Numbered from the stretch's first letter, positions 1-9,593 are shown. The stretch is 64,000 bases of DNA from an uncultured Eubacteriales bacterium (GCA_959601495.1 CAUGPT010000004.1:14844-78843); one strand, 5' to 3'. The notes: a model not told the origin generated them from the letters alone. A program made the numbers and translations.

Positions 1-812
1 ACAGCGACGGTACGGTTCTCGATACCTACGGCACAAAGGTGAAAAGGCAGGTGGTCAGCACCGATGTTTGCAAGAATATCGCCGATATTCTCGAAGAAGG
101 CGTTGCAACGGACGGCGGCGCGAGAAACGCATATGTAATGGGCTACAAGGTGGCTGCCAAAACAGGCACGTCAGAAAAAATAGATACAAAGGACGCAAGC
201 GGACAGACAACGCTGCGCATCGGCTCATGCGCTGCGTTCGCTCCTGCGGACGATCCCGAGATTGCCGTTATTATGGTTGTCGACGAGCCTATGGGCGGCA
301 GTGTCTACGGAAGCGTGGTCGCTGCTCCCTACGTTTCGCAGTTTCTTTCCGATGTGCTGCCTTATATGGGATACGAGCCGCAGTATACGGACGAAGAGCT
401 TGAAAACGTCGAGCTCAGCGTTCGCGACTACACGGGCTTTGACATTGACGGCGCAAAACTTGATATAGCAAACAAGGGTATACGCGCGGTGACCGTAGGA
501 AACGGCGGCACCGTAACGGCACAGATCCCCGCCGCGGGCGCAACGCTTATGAAGGACGGCGGCAAGATCATACTGTATACCGGCGGCGAGACACCCAAGG
601 ATACGATCGAAGTTCCCGACGTTACCGGCAAGACCGCGGAGGCGGCAAACAGAATGATCACAAACGCGGGTCTCAACCTGAGCGTCAGCGGAACGACAAG
701 CAACCAGGATGCGACCGTTTCCACCCAGACACCCGCGGCGGGGACCAAGGTCCCCGAGGGAAGCGTTGTGGAGATAACCATGCGCGTTACGAGCGGCGTT
801 GCCGACGATTGA
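1..812 (+). CDS. Class B penicillin-binding protein (SpoVD/PBP2B-like), C-terminal fragment; 5' end outside the window
   Basis: Frame 3 is open from the window edge to the stop at 810-812. Contains KTGTSE (KTG box) followed by two PASTA-like repeats (SVRDYTGFDIDGA..., EVPDVTGKTAEAA...). Lies directly upstream of murE, as in dcw clusters. Confidence 0.85.
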   Translation, partial: SDGTVLDTYGTKVKRQVVSTDVCKNIADILEEGVATDGGARNAYVMGYKVAAKTGTSEKIDTKDASGQTTLRIGSCAAFAPADDPEIAVIMVVDEPMGGSVYGSVVAAPYVSQFLSDVLPYMGYEPQYTDEELENVELSVRDYTGFDIDGAKLDIANKGIRAVTVGNGGTVTAQIPAAGATLMKDGGKIILYTGGETPKDTIEVPDVTGKTAEAANRMITNAGLNLSVSGTTSNQDATVSTQTPAAGTKVPEGSVVEITMRVTSGVADD

Positions 813-872
813 CGAAAATACTGCGGGCAAATGCCCTCCGGAAGTTCAAAGATAATCTTTCGGAGGGCATTT

Positions 873-2333
873 ATGCAATTGACTAAATTACTTGACGGGA
901 TCGGCTGTGCATTCGACGAAATAAAGGCGGACGCGGAAATATCGACGCCGGTCACAGACTCAAGAGAAGCCGTGGACGGCAGCCTGTTCGTATGCATAAA
1001 AGGCAGCTGCAGAAACGGTGCCGATTACATAGAAGAAGCCGTGAAAAACGGCGCCGCCGCATACGTTACCGAGAAAGATATGCAATTGCCGAAATCCGAT
1101 CTTGGCGGCGCTGTTCATATTGTGACGGACGATACACGGCTTTGCGCCGCGGCGGTGTGGAACAACTATTACGGCAGACCCGCAAAGGATATGCGGCTGT
1201 ACGGCATAACGGGCACAAACGGCAAGACATCCACCGCGGAGTTTCTTGAGTCCGTACTCCGCTGTTCGGGCAGAAAGTGCGGCATAATTGGCACTCTCGG
1301 ATGCAGGGCTTGCGGCGAGAGGATCGAAAACTCACGCGCGGAGGTCAGCGACACTCCCGCCGCCATGACGACTCCGGACCCCAAATATTTGTACGGCGCG
1401 CTGGCGCATATGAAAAGCCTCGGTATCACAGACGTTGTGATGGAGGTGTCGAGCCATGCGCTTTTGCAGAAGAAAACCGCGCCGCTTGATTTCGAATGGG
1501 GCATATTTACAAATCTTTCTCCGGAGCATCTTGATACGCACGGCACGATGGAAAACTATTTTGCAGCAAAAGCGTCACTGTTCGAACACTGCCGCCATGC
1601 TCTTGTGAACGCCGACGATCCGTGGGCGTCAAGGGTGAGCGGCATTCGCGCGGGAGCGTGGCTTGCGCACAATGTGCACTGCGGTCTTGACGGGGTATCG
1701 TATACTCTCGGCTATGCGGGCAAAAGTCTTAACATAAGAACGCGGGTGGCGGGATCATATACCGTGTACAACACAATGTTTACCGCGGTGTGCGCGCTTG
1801 AAGCGGGCATTGAGCCGTATGCCGTGGAAGAGGGAATTGCCGCAGTTAAAAGCGTTTGCGGCAGAACGGAGCTTATAGCGGACCGCGCCTCTTACGGTAT
1901 CGATGTTATAATTGACTACGCCCATACACCCGATGCCATGAGAGCGGCGCTGTCGGGACTTCGCCGCAAGGGTGGGTACCTTACGGTTGTGTTCGGCTGC
2001 GGCGGCGACAGGGACAGCGAAAAGCGTCCGCTTATGGGGCGCGCCGCGTATGAAATGTGCGACAGAGTAATAGTCACATCAGACAACCCGCGAACGGAAG
2101 ACCGCGGGAAGATCATAGACGATATACTGAGAGGCATACCCGACGGCGGCTGCGCCGTTATCCCCGACAGACGCTCGGCAATAGCGTACGCCATTGAGTC
2201 GGCGCGCCCGGGGGAGACCGTTGCTCTCATGGGCAAAGGGCATGAAAACTACGAAACGGACGCAGAGGGAAAGCACAGCTTCAGCGAGCGCGATATATGC
2301 CGCGATGTGCTGAGGCGCAAGTTCGGCAGATGA
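873..2333 (+). CDS. murE: UDP-N-acetylmuramoyl-L-alanyl-D-glutamate--2,6-diaminopimelate ligase
   Basis: Mur ligase motifs GITGTNGKTS and DYAHTPDA. TSDNPR (DNPR) near the C-terminus is typical of meso-DAP-adding MurE. A GGAGGG RBS lies about 7 nt before ATG 873; the longest ORF starts at 831. Confidence 0.9.
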   Translation: MQLTKLLDGIGCAFDEIKADAEISTPVTDSREAVDGSLFVCIKGSCRNGADYIEEAVKNGAAAYVTEKDMQLPKSDLGGAVHIVTDDTRLCAAAVWNNYYGRPAKDMRLYGITGTNGKTSTAEFLESVLRCSGRKCGIIGTLGCRACGERIENSRAEVSDTPAAMTTPDPKYLYGALAHMKSLGITDVVMEVSSHALLQKKTAPLDFEWGIFTNLSPEHLDTHGTMENYFAAKASLFEHCRHALVNADDPWASRVSGIRAGAWLAHNVHCGLDGVSYTLGYAGKSLNIRTRVAGSYTVYNTMFTAVCALEAGIEPYAVEEGIAAVKSVCGRTELIADRASYGIDVIIDYAHTPDAMRAALSGLRRKGGYLTVVFGCGGDRDSEKRPLMGRAAYEMCDRVIVTSDNPRTEDRGKIIDDILRGIPDGGCAVIPDRRSAIAYAIESARPGETVALMGKGHENYETDAEGKHSFSERDICRDVLRRKFGR

Positions 2334-2431
2334 TGCCGGATGTACCCGACTGCGCGGTAAAGCCGATTCTTTTGATGAATACAGAGCTGCGTAAATGCTG
2401 CGGGATATACCCGACTGCGCGGCGGTGCCGA
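2334..2431 (+). repeat. Pair of 33-nt GC-rich direct repeats, 65-nt period, in the murE-mraY spacer
   Basis: 2334-2366 TGCCGGATGTACCCGACTGCGCGGTAAAGCCGA and 2399-2431 TGCGGGATATACCCGACTGCGCGGCGGTGCCGA, 27/33 identical. The period is not a multiple of 3. Confidence 0.8.
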
Positions 2432-2547
2432 CTGCCGTGCGCTTTATCTGCGTGCCGCATTCGGCAAGCCGAGAACGACCGTTTTCGCTGCGGGACGCGG
2501 CGAGCGGGAAAGAGACGGCGGGTACGGCGCAAATATGCGATTAATTG

Positions 2548-2576
2548 TTGACCGACGACATAAACAGTGATATAAT
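2548..2576 (+). promoter_or_regulatory. Sigma-A-type promoter upstream of mraY
   Basis: TTGACC (2548-2553), 17-nt spacer, TGaTATAAT with TATAAT at 2571-2576, about 50 nt before the mraY ATG. Confidence 0.55.
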
Positions 2577-2626
2577 TATATAAGCTATAATTTTATTAAG
2601 ATGACTGAAACAGGCAGGAGAAACAT

Positions 2627-3622
2627 ATGCAGTATCCCGTAATGTACGCCGTCGGCACGGTGCTGACCTTTATAATAACGGTTCTTGCGGAGCGCAAGCT
2701 GATACCGGTGCTCGCCTCCAAAAAAATGGGGCAGAAGATTTTGGAGATCGGTCCGCGCTGGCATAAGAACAAAGAGGGTACCCCCACCATGGGCGGCCTT
2801 GCGTTTATAGCCGCATCGTGCATAACCGGCGCGGCAATGTGCGTATATATCGGCGTCATGCGCGGCGCGGCTGCCGCGGCTCCGCTCATAATGACCCTCG
2901 CCATGGCGCTGGCATCCGGACTCATCGGCATGATAGACGACAGAGCAAAGCTTCGCAAAAAGCGCAACGAGGGACTTACCGCGCCGCAGAAATTCCTTTT
3001 GCAGCTTGTCCTTTCGGGGCTGTATCTTCTCGGTATGAGGCTTATAGGCGCCATAAATACGTCCATGCGCATACCGTTTACAGGCATTCATCTTGAACTC
3101 GGCATATTCTATTACATCATCGCGCTGCTTCTTCTCTGCGGAGTGATGAACAGCGTAAACCTTACGGACGGCATTGACGGCCTTGCCTCGTCTGTCACGA
3201 GCGTTGTTGCTCTGTTTTTCGGCGCGGCGGCGTTCTTTACGGGCAAAACTGACCCGTCTCTCGCGGCGGTCTCCGCACTTATGCTCGGCAGCTGCACGGG
3301 ATTTCTTGTGTACAACGCATATCCCGCAAGAGTTTTCATGGGCGACACGGGCTCGCTGTTCCTCGGCGGACTTGTGGTCGGCGCGGCATTTCTTGCCGAT
3401 AATCCGCTTATAGTTATCATCTGCGGCCTTGTCTATATCTGCGAGACCGCGTCGGATATCCTTCAGGTTGGATATTTCAAGCTGACCCACGGCAAACGCC
3501 TTTTCAAAATGGCGCCCATACACCATCATTTTGAGCAGTGCGGCTGGAGCGAAAGAAAGATCGTGGCGGTCTTTACCGTCGCGACGGTGCTGTTTTGCGC
3601 CGCGGCGTGGTTCGGGCTTTGA
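2627..3622 (+). CDS. mraY: Phospho-N-acetylmuramoyl-pentapeptide transferase
   Basis: Polytopic membrane protein with MraY motifs (MIDDRAKL, NLTDGIDGLA, MGDTGSLFLGG, HHHFE). GGAGA RBS before the ATG. dcw context. Confidence 0.9.
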   Translation: MQYPVMYAVGTVLTFIITVLAERKLIPVLASKKMGQKILEIGPRWHKNKEGTPTMGGLAFIAASCITGAAMCVYIGVMRGAAAAAPLIMTLAMALASGLIGMIDDRAKLRKKRNEGLTAPQKFLLQLVLSGLYLLGMRLIGAINTSMRIPFTGIHLELGIFYYIIALLLLCGVMNSVNLTDGIDGLASSVTSVVALFFGAAAFFTGKTDPSLAAVSALMLGSCTGFLVYNAYPARVFMGDTGSLFLGGLVVGAAFLADNPLIVIICGLVYICETASDILQVGYFKLTHGKRLFKMAPIHHHFEQCGWSERKIVAVFTVATVLFCAAAWFGL

Positions 3623-3716
3623 CAGAGATACGAGTATTATCTCTCGGTATGTGATCGGCAAATAGAATATTTTTTAACAGATCTGCCCTGATAAATGCGG
3701 AAAGGAGCGCGGCAAA

Positions 3717-5360
3717 ATGGATCGGGACTATTACGGCGAAAGAAAACCGAATACGCAAAGCGGTGCGCAGCACCGCCGCGATCCGCAGAGCGGCGCTCAG
3801 GTCTCGCGAAATGATCAGGCGGGGCGCTACGGGCAGACTGCTTTTGGCAGGGATGCACGCGGCGGCAGTGGCTCGGCACAGGGCAGCGGCACCGCGGACA
3901 CACGGCGAAACGGCTATCAAAGCGGCAGAACCCCATCGGGCTCGGCGCAGAATGTCGGCAGAACGCAGGGAGCGTCTTCCGGAAGCGGCCCGGCACAGCC
4001 TATAGGCGGCGGGTCGGGCGGCACACCTCAGAGCCGCGCGGCTGACCGTATTTCAAGCGGCAGAGCGCCTGCGAGCACTCACGGGCACACTGCAGGCGGT
4101 ACCGCACACGGCGCACCCGTGAGAGTCCGCAGAGCGGCTGATGTGCAAAAGCGTCCCGGCGCTCTTACGACAAGCGAGCAGCGCGCTCTCGCAAAACGAG
4201 AGAAAAAAGACAGGGAATGGGAAGCGGGCATACAGCGCGTTCGCCACGGAGTGGACCGTCCTCTTGCCGTTATAATCATAATCCTTCTTTGCCTCGGCAC
4301 CGTTATGGTGTTTTCGGCAAGCTATCCCAACGCCATAACAGATAAAGGAGACGCGACATTTTATATCCGCCGCCAGCTGATGTGGCTCGCGGTCGGCGCG
4401 GTCGTCATGATCGCCGCGGCTGCAGTGCCCCATCAGGCATACAAAAAAGCGGCGCCTTCCGTCGCCATTGCCTCTCTTGCGCTTCTGGTGCTTGTACTTA
4501 TCATGGGTACGGCGCGCGGCGTCGCAAGGCGCTGGATATATGTGGGCAGCGTGTCCATTCAGCCCTCCGAGATCGCAAAGCTTGCGCTTATACTGACGCT
4601 TGCCTGGTACATAGACAAACATTTTGAAGAAGTTTCGTCCGGGCGGCTTTCCAAAAAGAAAACGTACCGCCGCAGCGTGCTTGTTCCCGGAGTTATAATG
4701 TTTACGTTCTGCGGTCTGGTGCTTTTGGAAAAGCATCTGTCAGGCACGGTAATACTTGCCGCTATAGGAGTGTGCGTAATATTTCTGAGCGGCGCCAACG
4801 TATGGCATATGGCGCTGACATACGGCATTCCCGCGATCCTTGCGGGCGGTGTGTATCTTCTGACAAACAGCTACGCGCTGCAGCGCATACTCACCCATAC
4901 GGACGAAAACGCCGATAAGCTTAAGGAACTGTGGCAGACGACGCAGGGCCTTTACGCGATCGGCAGCGGCGGACTTCTTGGCGTGGGTCTGGGACATTCC
5001 AATCTGAAATACAACTACGTTTCCGAGGCGCAGAACGACTTTATCTTCACAATCTGGTGCGAGGAAACCGGACTTATAGGCGCAGTTCTGCTCATAGCAC
5101 TGTACGGTCTGTTTGTCTGGCGCGGCATTACCGTTGCAAGGCGCGCCCCCGACACGTTCACGTCCCTTACCGCCTTCGGCATAACCTGTCAGGTGGGCAT
5201 ACAGGCGCTGCTGAACATTCTCGTGGTCACAGACCTTATACCCAATACAGGCATATCCCTGCCGTTCTTTTCGTACGGGGGCTCGTCACTGGTGCTGCTC
5301 ATGTGCGAAATGGGCATACTTCTGTCTGTTTCAAAGCATTCGTTCCAAAAGAATAAATAA
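3717..5360 (+). CDS. ftsW: SEDS-family peptidoglycan glycosyltransferase (FtsW/SpoVE-like) with a ~180-aa low-complexity N-terminal extension
   Basis: The C-terminal ~365 aa is a typical FtsW/RodA/SpoVE polytopic protein (VSEAQNDFIF, SLPFFSYGGSS). The N-terminus is Gly/Ser/Arg/Gln-rich. AAGGAG RBS 9 nt before the ATG. FtsW and SpoVE cannot be told apart by eye. Confidence 0.85.
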   Translation: MDRDYYGERKPNTQSGAQHRRDPQSGAQVSRNDQAGRYGQTAFGRDARGGSGSAQGSGTADTRRNGYQSGRTPSGSAQNVGRTQGASSGSGPAQPIGGGSGGTPQSRAADRISSGRAPASTHGHTAGGTAHGAPVRVRRAADVQKRPGALTTSEQRALAKREKKDREWEAGIQRVRHGVDRPLAVIIIILLCLGTVMVFSASYPNAITDKGDATFYIRRQLMWLAVGAVVMIAAAAVPHQAYKKAAPSVAIASLALLVLVLIMGTARGVARRWIYVGSVSIQPSEIAKLALILTLAWYIDKHFEEVSSGRLSKKKTYRRSVLVPGVIMFTFCGLVLLEKHLSGTVILAAIGVCVIFLSGANVWHMALTYGIPAILAGGVYLLTNSYALQRILTHTDENADKLKELWQTTQGLYAIGSGGLLGVGLGHSNLKYNYVSEAQNDFIFTIWCEETGLIGAVLLIALYGLFVWRGITVARRAPDTFTSLTAFGITCQVGIQALLNILVVTDLIPNTGISLPFFSYGGSSLVLLMCEMGILLSVSKHSFQKNK

Positions 5361-5414
5361 ACGGCGCCGGCGGCGCATTTTACCGATTTTACCGAATACG
5401 GAAGGTATTTGAAA

Positions 5415-6542
5415 ATGAGAGTTCTTATGACAGGAGGGGGCACCGGAGGTCATGTAAATCCGGCGCTTGCAATTGCAAATACAATAAAAGAAAACGATCC
5501 CGCCTCGGAGATAGCGTTTGTGGGCACTCCCCGCGGAATCGAAAACAAGCTTGTGCCCGCGGCGGGCTACAAGCTTTACCATGTTGACGTAAGAGGTCTG
5601 CGACGCAGCTTTTCGCCCGCGAATATACGGGCTGCGTGGCTTGCGCTCACATCTCCCGCAAAAGCGAAAAAGCTTATAAAGCAGTTCCGACCCGATGTTG
5701 TTATCGGCACGGGCGGATATGTGTCGTGGCCCGTTGTGAAGGCTGCGGCAAAAATGGGCATTCCCACCGCACTGCATGAGTCAAACGCGACCCCGGGTAT
5801 GGCTGTGCGTATGCTCTCCGGCGACGTTGACAGGATATACCTCAACTTTGAGGCAGCCGGTGCCGGTATACGCGATAAGGATAAGCTTATGCTTGTGGGC
5901 TGCCCCATGCTCGGCGCACCTGCGGCATCTCTTACAAAAGCCGAGGCGAGAAAAAAGCTTGGAATACCGGACGATGTTTCCACCGTTATTCTTTCTTTCG
6001 GCGGCAGCATGGGCGCGGAGAAGGTGAACGATGCCGTCTTTACGCTTATGCAGCGCTATACCGGCGGCAGAGAAGGCGTTTGGCATACCCATGCCACGGG
6101 CGCTATAGAAAAGGATATTGCCGCGGGCTGGTTCAGGGAAAGAGGACTTGACAAATACAAAAACCTTGAACTTCTGGAGTACATATACGATATGCCGATA
6201 CGTATGGCGGCTGCGGACATAGTCATCTCCCGCGCGGGCGCAATGACCGTTTCCGAGCTTGCGCTGCACGGGAAATGCACCGTGTTTATCCCGTCGCCGA
6301 ACGTTACCGACGATCAGCAGTATAAAAACGCCAAGGTGCTGGCGGAAGCCGACGCGGCGCTGATAATCCGCGAGGGAGCTGACTGCGGCGACAGACTGTG
6401 CGCAGCAGTGACCGGGCTTTGCGAACATCCCGAAAACCGCGCGAAAATGGAGGAAAACATCAAAAAGTTTGCCTCTCCCGACGCAAATCGGCTGATCTAC
6501 AACGATATCGTAAAGCTTGTTAAAAAGGGAAAAAAGGCATAA
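5415..6542 (+). CDS. murG: Undecaprenyldiphospho-muramoylpentapeptide beta-N-acetylglucosaminyltransferase
   Basis: N-terminal GGGTGGHVNPALA motif and GT28 architecture. ATG 5415 follows a GGAAGG RBS; the ORF caller starts at TTG 5409. Confidence 0.9.
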   Translation: MRVLMTGGGTGGHVNPALAIANTIKENDPASEIAFVGTPRGIENKLVPAAGYKLYHVDVRGLRRSFSPANIRAAWLALTSPAKAKKLIKQFRPDVVIGTGGYVSWPVVKAAAKMGIPTALHESNATPGMAVRMLSGDVDRIYLNFEAAGAGIRDKDKLMLVGCPMLGAPAASLTKAEARKKLGIPDDVSTVILSFGGSMGAEKVNDAVFTLMQRYTGGREGVWHTHATGAIEKDIAAGWFRERGLDKYKNLELLEYIYDMPIRMAAADIVISRAGAMTVSELALHGKCTVFIPSPNVTDDQQYKNAKVLAEADAALIIREGADCGDRLCAAVTGLCEHPENRAKMEENIKKFASPDANRLIYNDIVKLVKKGKKA

Positions 6543-6607
6543 AGAGTTTTTTTGTATCGGCTTTGCCGATGACTATGCGGTAATTTCCGCGGCGGGAGGT
6601 GAGAGCG

Positions 6608-8119
6608 TTGCCGAAATCCGTAAACGATTACTATGCCGAAAAAATGAAGCGGCTTCTGGAACTGCAAAAGCAGGAAGAAGACAGCCGCTTGTCTGGCAGG
6701 CCCATGACTCTTGCCGCGCCGTCGGATCAGCTTTCGATCGAGACACGCGGACATGGGTATTATAACAGCTTTCGCACGAAAAGCCGCGAACAGCGCACCG
6801 GCGCAGCCGAGGCGGGCGAAAGACCGCTCGGCACCGCCCCGGGTCATGCGCCGCGTCCCGTGCGTACCGTCGGCAGTGACGCTTCCCGCTTAAGTGCTGC
6901 CGCTCCTCACACAAGAACGGGCGGCGCGAATACGGGCGCGGTCGGTACGGATGCAGGCGCGGGCGCCGCACCGCGCGGCTCGGGCCCAAACAGCGGCGCG
7001 TGGGCGAGAATCTCTCCCGACGATATATACGAAAACGCACGCAGACGCACGGAGCAGCAGAAAGCCGAAGAAGAAAAGCGCCGCGCCCTTAATGAAAAAC
7101 TAAAAAAAGAAAACGCCGCGGCGGCTGCCGCAAGAGCCCGCGCGGCAGAAAAAAAGGCGTATGAAAGTCCTCATGCCAACGTCGGCACGCCGGGACAAGC
7201 AGTCGACGGCGCGGGGCAAAGCGCACGCGGACGAAGTGCGGGAAGCGCGCGGAATGCCCGCGGGGTAAACGGCGGCGCATCCTTTGAGCAGACCGAAGCG
7301 GACAAGCGCCGCGAGAGAGCCGCAAAACAAGAGGCGCTCGAAAAAGCAAAACGCGCACGAAGACTCAGAAAAATACGCGATGCCGTTATATCATTTGTGC
7401 TGATCCTTGCGGTCTTTGCCGTTATGTGCATAGTGGTGTACAGACTTCTGTTTGTGATATCAGATATTAGCGTTGACGGCAGCGAAAACTACAGTGCCGA
7501 TGAAATAATCGCGGCATCCGGTGTGGCTGAGGGGGATCATCTGTATTCCTTCCGCGCAAGCAGCACGGAGCAAAGCATTATACTGCGCTGCCCGCTTGTA
7601 AGCAGCGTCAGGGTAAAGCGCAGCGCTCCCCGCAAGGTAACTTTTCAGATCACCGAGGAAAAAAGCACCTACTACGCCGATTTCTACGGCGAGTACAGGG
7701 CTATGTCCTCAGATCTTAGGGTGCTTTACTCGGTAACAAGAGACGAGGCACGGGAACAGGGGCTTGTGCTTCTGAAGCTGCCCGCAGTGTCAAAAGCGGT
7801 CTCGGGAACGGCGGCGCAGTATTCTTCGGTGAGAAGAGACAGCTACATATACGATACAGTAAAGGCGCTTTCCGAATCAGAGCTTTGGGGCAGGATCGGT
7901 GCCGTGGATCTTACGGGAAAATATGATATAAAAATGGTCTGCGACGGAAAATATCTGCTTTCCTTCGGCGATTCAGGCTCCGCGGATTCAAAGCTGCGCA
8001 TAGCCGCGGCGGTCCTCAAGGACGATATGTTCTCGGGAGACGATAAGGCGAAGATCGATCTCACAAATCTTGCTCAGACCGGCGTTGTTGTCGACAACAG
8101 GCTGGAGCTTGACTGGTAA
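6608..8119 (+). CDS. ftsQ: Cell division protein FtsQ/DivIB with a ~260-aa charged, low-complexity cytoplasmic N-terminus
   Basis: Single TM (AVISFVLILAVFAVMCIVVY) followed by a POTRA-like segment (ISVDGSENYSADEIIAASGVAEGDHLYSF) and an FtsQ-type C-terminal domain. Sits between murG and ftsZ. TTG 6608 is 8 nt after GGGAGG, whereas GTG 6599 overlaps the RBS. Confidence 0.7.
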   Translation: MPKSVNDYYAEKMKRLLELQKQEEDSRLSGRPMTLAAPSDQLSIETRGHGYYNSFRTKSREQRTGAAEAGERPLGTAPGHAPRPVRTVGSDASRLSAAAPHTRTGGANTGAVGTDAGAGAAPRGSGPNSGAWARISPDDIYENARRRTEQQKAEEEKRRALNEKLKKENAAAAAARARAAEKKAYESPHANVGTPGQAVDGAGQSARGRSAGSARNARGVNGGASFEQTEADKRRERAAKQEALEKAKRARRLRKIRDAVISFVLILAVFAVMCIVVYRLLFVISDISVDGSENYSADEIIAASGVAEGDHLYSFRASSTEQSIILRCPLVSSVRVKRSAPRKVTFQITEEKSTYYADFYGEYRAMSSDLRVLYSVTRDEAREQGLVLLKLPAVSKAVSGTAAQYSSVRRDSYIYDTVKALSESELWGRIGAVDLTGKYDIKMVCDGKYLLSFGDSGSADSKLRIAAAVLKDDMFSGDDKAKIDLTNLAQTGVVVDNRLELDW

Positions 8120-8171
8120 AATCGCTTAGACAATTGCATAAAATACCGATAAAAGACAAATGCATAAAAAT

Positions 8172-8212
8172 GCCGTCCGCAGTGCGCAAGCCCACTGAGG
8201 ACGGCGTTTTTT
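8172..8212 (+). terminator. Intrinsic terminator after ftsQ
   Basis: GCCGTCC-g-CAGTG ... CACTG-a-GGACGGC stem followed by GTTTTTT. Confidence 0.7.
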
Positions 8213-8254
8213 GCAAAAAAATAAAATAAAACGAAAAAAATTCGGCAAAACATC

Positions 8255-8283
8255 TTGAAAAACAGCGCCGGATAGTATATTAT
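8255..8283 (+). promoter_or_regulatory. Sigma-A-type promoter upstream of ftsZ
   Basis: TTGAAA (8255-8260), 17-nt spacer, TATTAT (8278-8283), with overlapping TATATT/TATAAA alternatives. Lies after the ftsQ terminator. Confidence 0.45.
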
Positions 8284-8372
8284 AAATGTAAGTGTAAAAA
8301 CGGCGAAAGCCGAAACTGCGCATAATTCGCGCAAAGCGGCGCGGGTCCATATAAAAAACGGAGGATAATAAA

Positions 8373-9548
8373 ATGCCTTTTGAACTTGACGAAGAATTTG
8401 AAAGCGGCGTTAATATTAAGGTCGTAGGTGTAGGCGGCGGCGGAAACAATGCTGTCAACAGAATGATCTCTTCCAACGTACGCGGCGTGGATTTTATTGC
8501 TATCAATACCGATAAGCAGGCTCTTCAGAAGTCTGCCGCAACTCATAAGATCCCGATCGGCGAGAAGATTACCAAGGGTCACGGCGCGGGCTCAAACCCC
8601 GACATCGGCGCAAAAGCCGCAGAGGAGAGCATTGAAGAAATAAAGACAAGCCTTACCGGTGCGGACATGGTGTTCATCACCACCGGCATGGGCGGCGGCA
8701 CCGGCACCGGCGCTGCTCCCATCGTTGCGCGCATCGCAAAAGAGATGGGCATGCTCACCATCGGTATTGTCACAAAGCCTTTCGCGTTTGAGGGCAAAAA
8801 GAGAAAAGTACAGGCAGACGCGGGCATCGCCTCTCTCAGCCAGTACGTTGACTCTCTCGTTATAATTCCCAACGAAAGACTTAAGCAGGTCTCCGATAAG
8901 CCCATTACAATGATAAACGCTTTTGAGATCGCCGACGACGTGCTCAGCCACGGCGTTCAGTCCATTTCCGAGCTTATCAACGTTCCCGGTTACATAAACC
9001 TTGATTTTGCGGACGTTACCTCCGTAATGCAGGATGCGGGATACGCACACATGGGCGTCGGCTATGCTACCGGCAAGGAGAAGGCAGAGCTTTCGGCAAA
9101 GGCTGCAATTTCCAGCCCGCTGCTTGAAACTTCCATCAACGGCGCACACGGTATTCTCGGTAACATCACCGCTTCTCCCGATATATCCATGGAGGACATC
9201 GACATTGCATGCACCATGATCGCCAACGAAGCGCATGAGGATGCAACGGTCATCTGGGGTGTTGCTTTCGATCCCGATATGGAAGACGCTATGAAGATCA
9301 CCATCATAGCAACAGGCTTTGAGAACGAAAATGAGGATCTCAGCGTTCCCGCAGCTACAGCTGCAAAGGCTGCTCCCGCAGCAGCGGCGGCAAAGCCCGC
9401 GGAAAAGCCTGCAGAAAGCGCTCAGCCTTCCGCGGATGACGATATTTCCGACGACGAGCTTGACGAGCTTCTCGGTATAGTCAACGTAAAGAGCAAGGAG
9501 CACAAGCTTGACACTGCCGAGAACAGCGGACTCAAGAGATATTTCTGA
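8373..9548 (+). CDS. ftsZ: Cell division GTPase FtsZ
   Basis: [11 protein letters not shown] and the tubulin signature [10 protein letters not shown]. Acidic C-terminal tail. GGAGGA RBS. Confidence 0.95.
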   Translation: MPFELDEEFESGVNIKVVGVGGGGNNAVNRMISSNVRGVDFIAINTDKQALQKSAATHKIPIGEKITKGHGAGSNPDIGAKAAEESIEEIKTSLTGADMVFITTGMGGGTGTGAAPIVARIAKEMGMLTIGIVTKPFAFEGKKRKVQADAGIASLSQYVDSLVIIPNERLKQVSDKPITMINAFEIADDVLSHGVQSISELINVPGYINLDFADVTSVMQDAGYAHMGVGYATGKEKAELSAKAAISSPLLETSINGAHGILGNITASPDISMEDIDIACTMIANEAHEDATVIWGVAFDPDMEDAMKITIIATGFENENEDLSVPAATAAKAAPAAAAAKPAEKPAESAQPSADDDISDDELDELLGIVNVKSKEHKLDTAENSGLKRYF

Positions 9549-9568
9549 GACGAATATATATGAAAAAA

Positions 9569-9593
9569 GGATGCCGTGCGGCATCCTTTTTTT
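9569..9593 (+). terminator. Intrinsic terminator after ftsZ
   Basis: GGATGCC-gtgc-GGCATCC followed by TTTTTTT. The preceding A-run makes it potentially bidirectional. Confidence 0.75.

Noticed and set aside
2334-2431. Repeat pairs at 2334-2431 and 9656-9753 with CRISPR-like geometry (31-33-nt repeat, 32-36-nt spacer), considered as minimal CRISPR arrays.
   Set aside because: Each locus has only two copies, the copies are only about 82-87 percent identical, and the repeat sequences differ between loci. There is no leader or cas context. They are kept as unexplained intergenic repeats, not as CRISPR.
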